A DNA stretch of 22,700 nucleotides from Paraspadella gotoi (lineage: Eukaryota > Animalia > Chaetognatha). How positions within the stretch are numbered: position 1 is the stretch's first letter; every line of letters starts with the position of its first letter. A program made the position numbers and the translations under genes. Positions 22,331 to 22,700 of the stretch are shown piece by piece. Where the stretch lies: assembly GCA_051294375.1 (NCBI GenBank), contig CM119269.1, positions 18,932,003 to 18,954,702 of the forward strand, in the 5' to 3' direction. Under the pieces are notes generated by a model. That model had not been told where the DNA came from. It saw only the letters and a program-made list of their open reading frames with translations, and did no database searches.

Positions 22331-22700
22331 GAGTTAAAAGAGAAGTTAATGAGGAATAAAAAGAGAAGTGAAAGAGGAGTAAAAAGAGAAGCGAACGAAG
22401 AGTAAAAATAGAAATGAATGAGGAGTAAAAAGAGAAGTGAATGAGGAGTAAAAAGAGAAGCGAACGAGGAGTAAAAAGAGAAGTGATCGAGGAGTAAAAA
22501 TAGAAGTGAAGGAGGAGTAAAAAGAGAAGCGAACGAGGGGTAAAAAGAGAAATGAATGAGGAGTGAAAAGAGAAGTGAATGAGGAGTAAAAAAAGAAGCA
22601 AACGAGGAGTAAAAAGAGAAATGAATGAGGAGTAAAAAGAGAAGTGAATGAGAAGTAAAAAGAGAAGTGAATGAGGAGTAAAAAGAGAAGTGAATGAGGA
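22331..22700. repeat. 23-bp purine-rich satellite with 69-bp higher-order periodicity, running off the window
   Basis: Monomer GAGGAGTAAAAAGAGAAGTGAAT; the GCGAAC/GCAAAC variant recurs at 22391, 22460, 22529 and 22598. Confidence 0.93.

Overview
Repeat-rich, gapped metazoan draft-genome DNA: eight N gaps and many (CT)n/(GA)n, (GAC)n and (GAA)n microsatellites. I could not recognise an intact host gene, and nearly all ORFs in the track are translations of microsatellites or gaps. The interpretable content is mobile DNA. (1) A frameshifted BEL/Pao LTR-retrotransposon gag-protease remnant (~665-3297) lies between two copies of a ~260-bp inverted-repeat element. (2) A Helentron/DINE-1-type non-autonomous element sits at ~4065-4438. 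(3) An ~866-bp near-perfect palindrome (7825-8690) consists of two inverted copies of the 3' end of a Penelope-like retroelement; each arm carries the GIY-YIG endonuclease C-terminus and a variant minimal hammerhead-ribozyme motif. (4) A ~1-kb segment occurs twice (13241-14270 and 16003-17038), probably uncollapsed haplotypes; a 1.08-kb element with degenerate inverted ends sits inside a (CT)n tract after the first copy but is not visible after the second. (5) There are 39-bp and 23/69-bp tandem repeats. All family assignments come from motif recognition by eye, not database searches.
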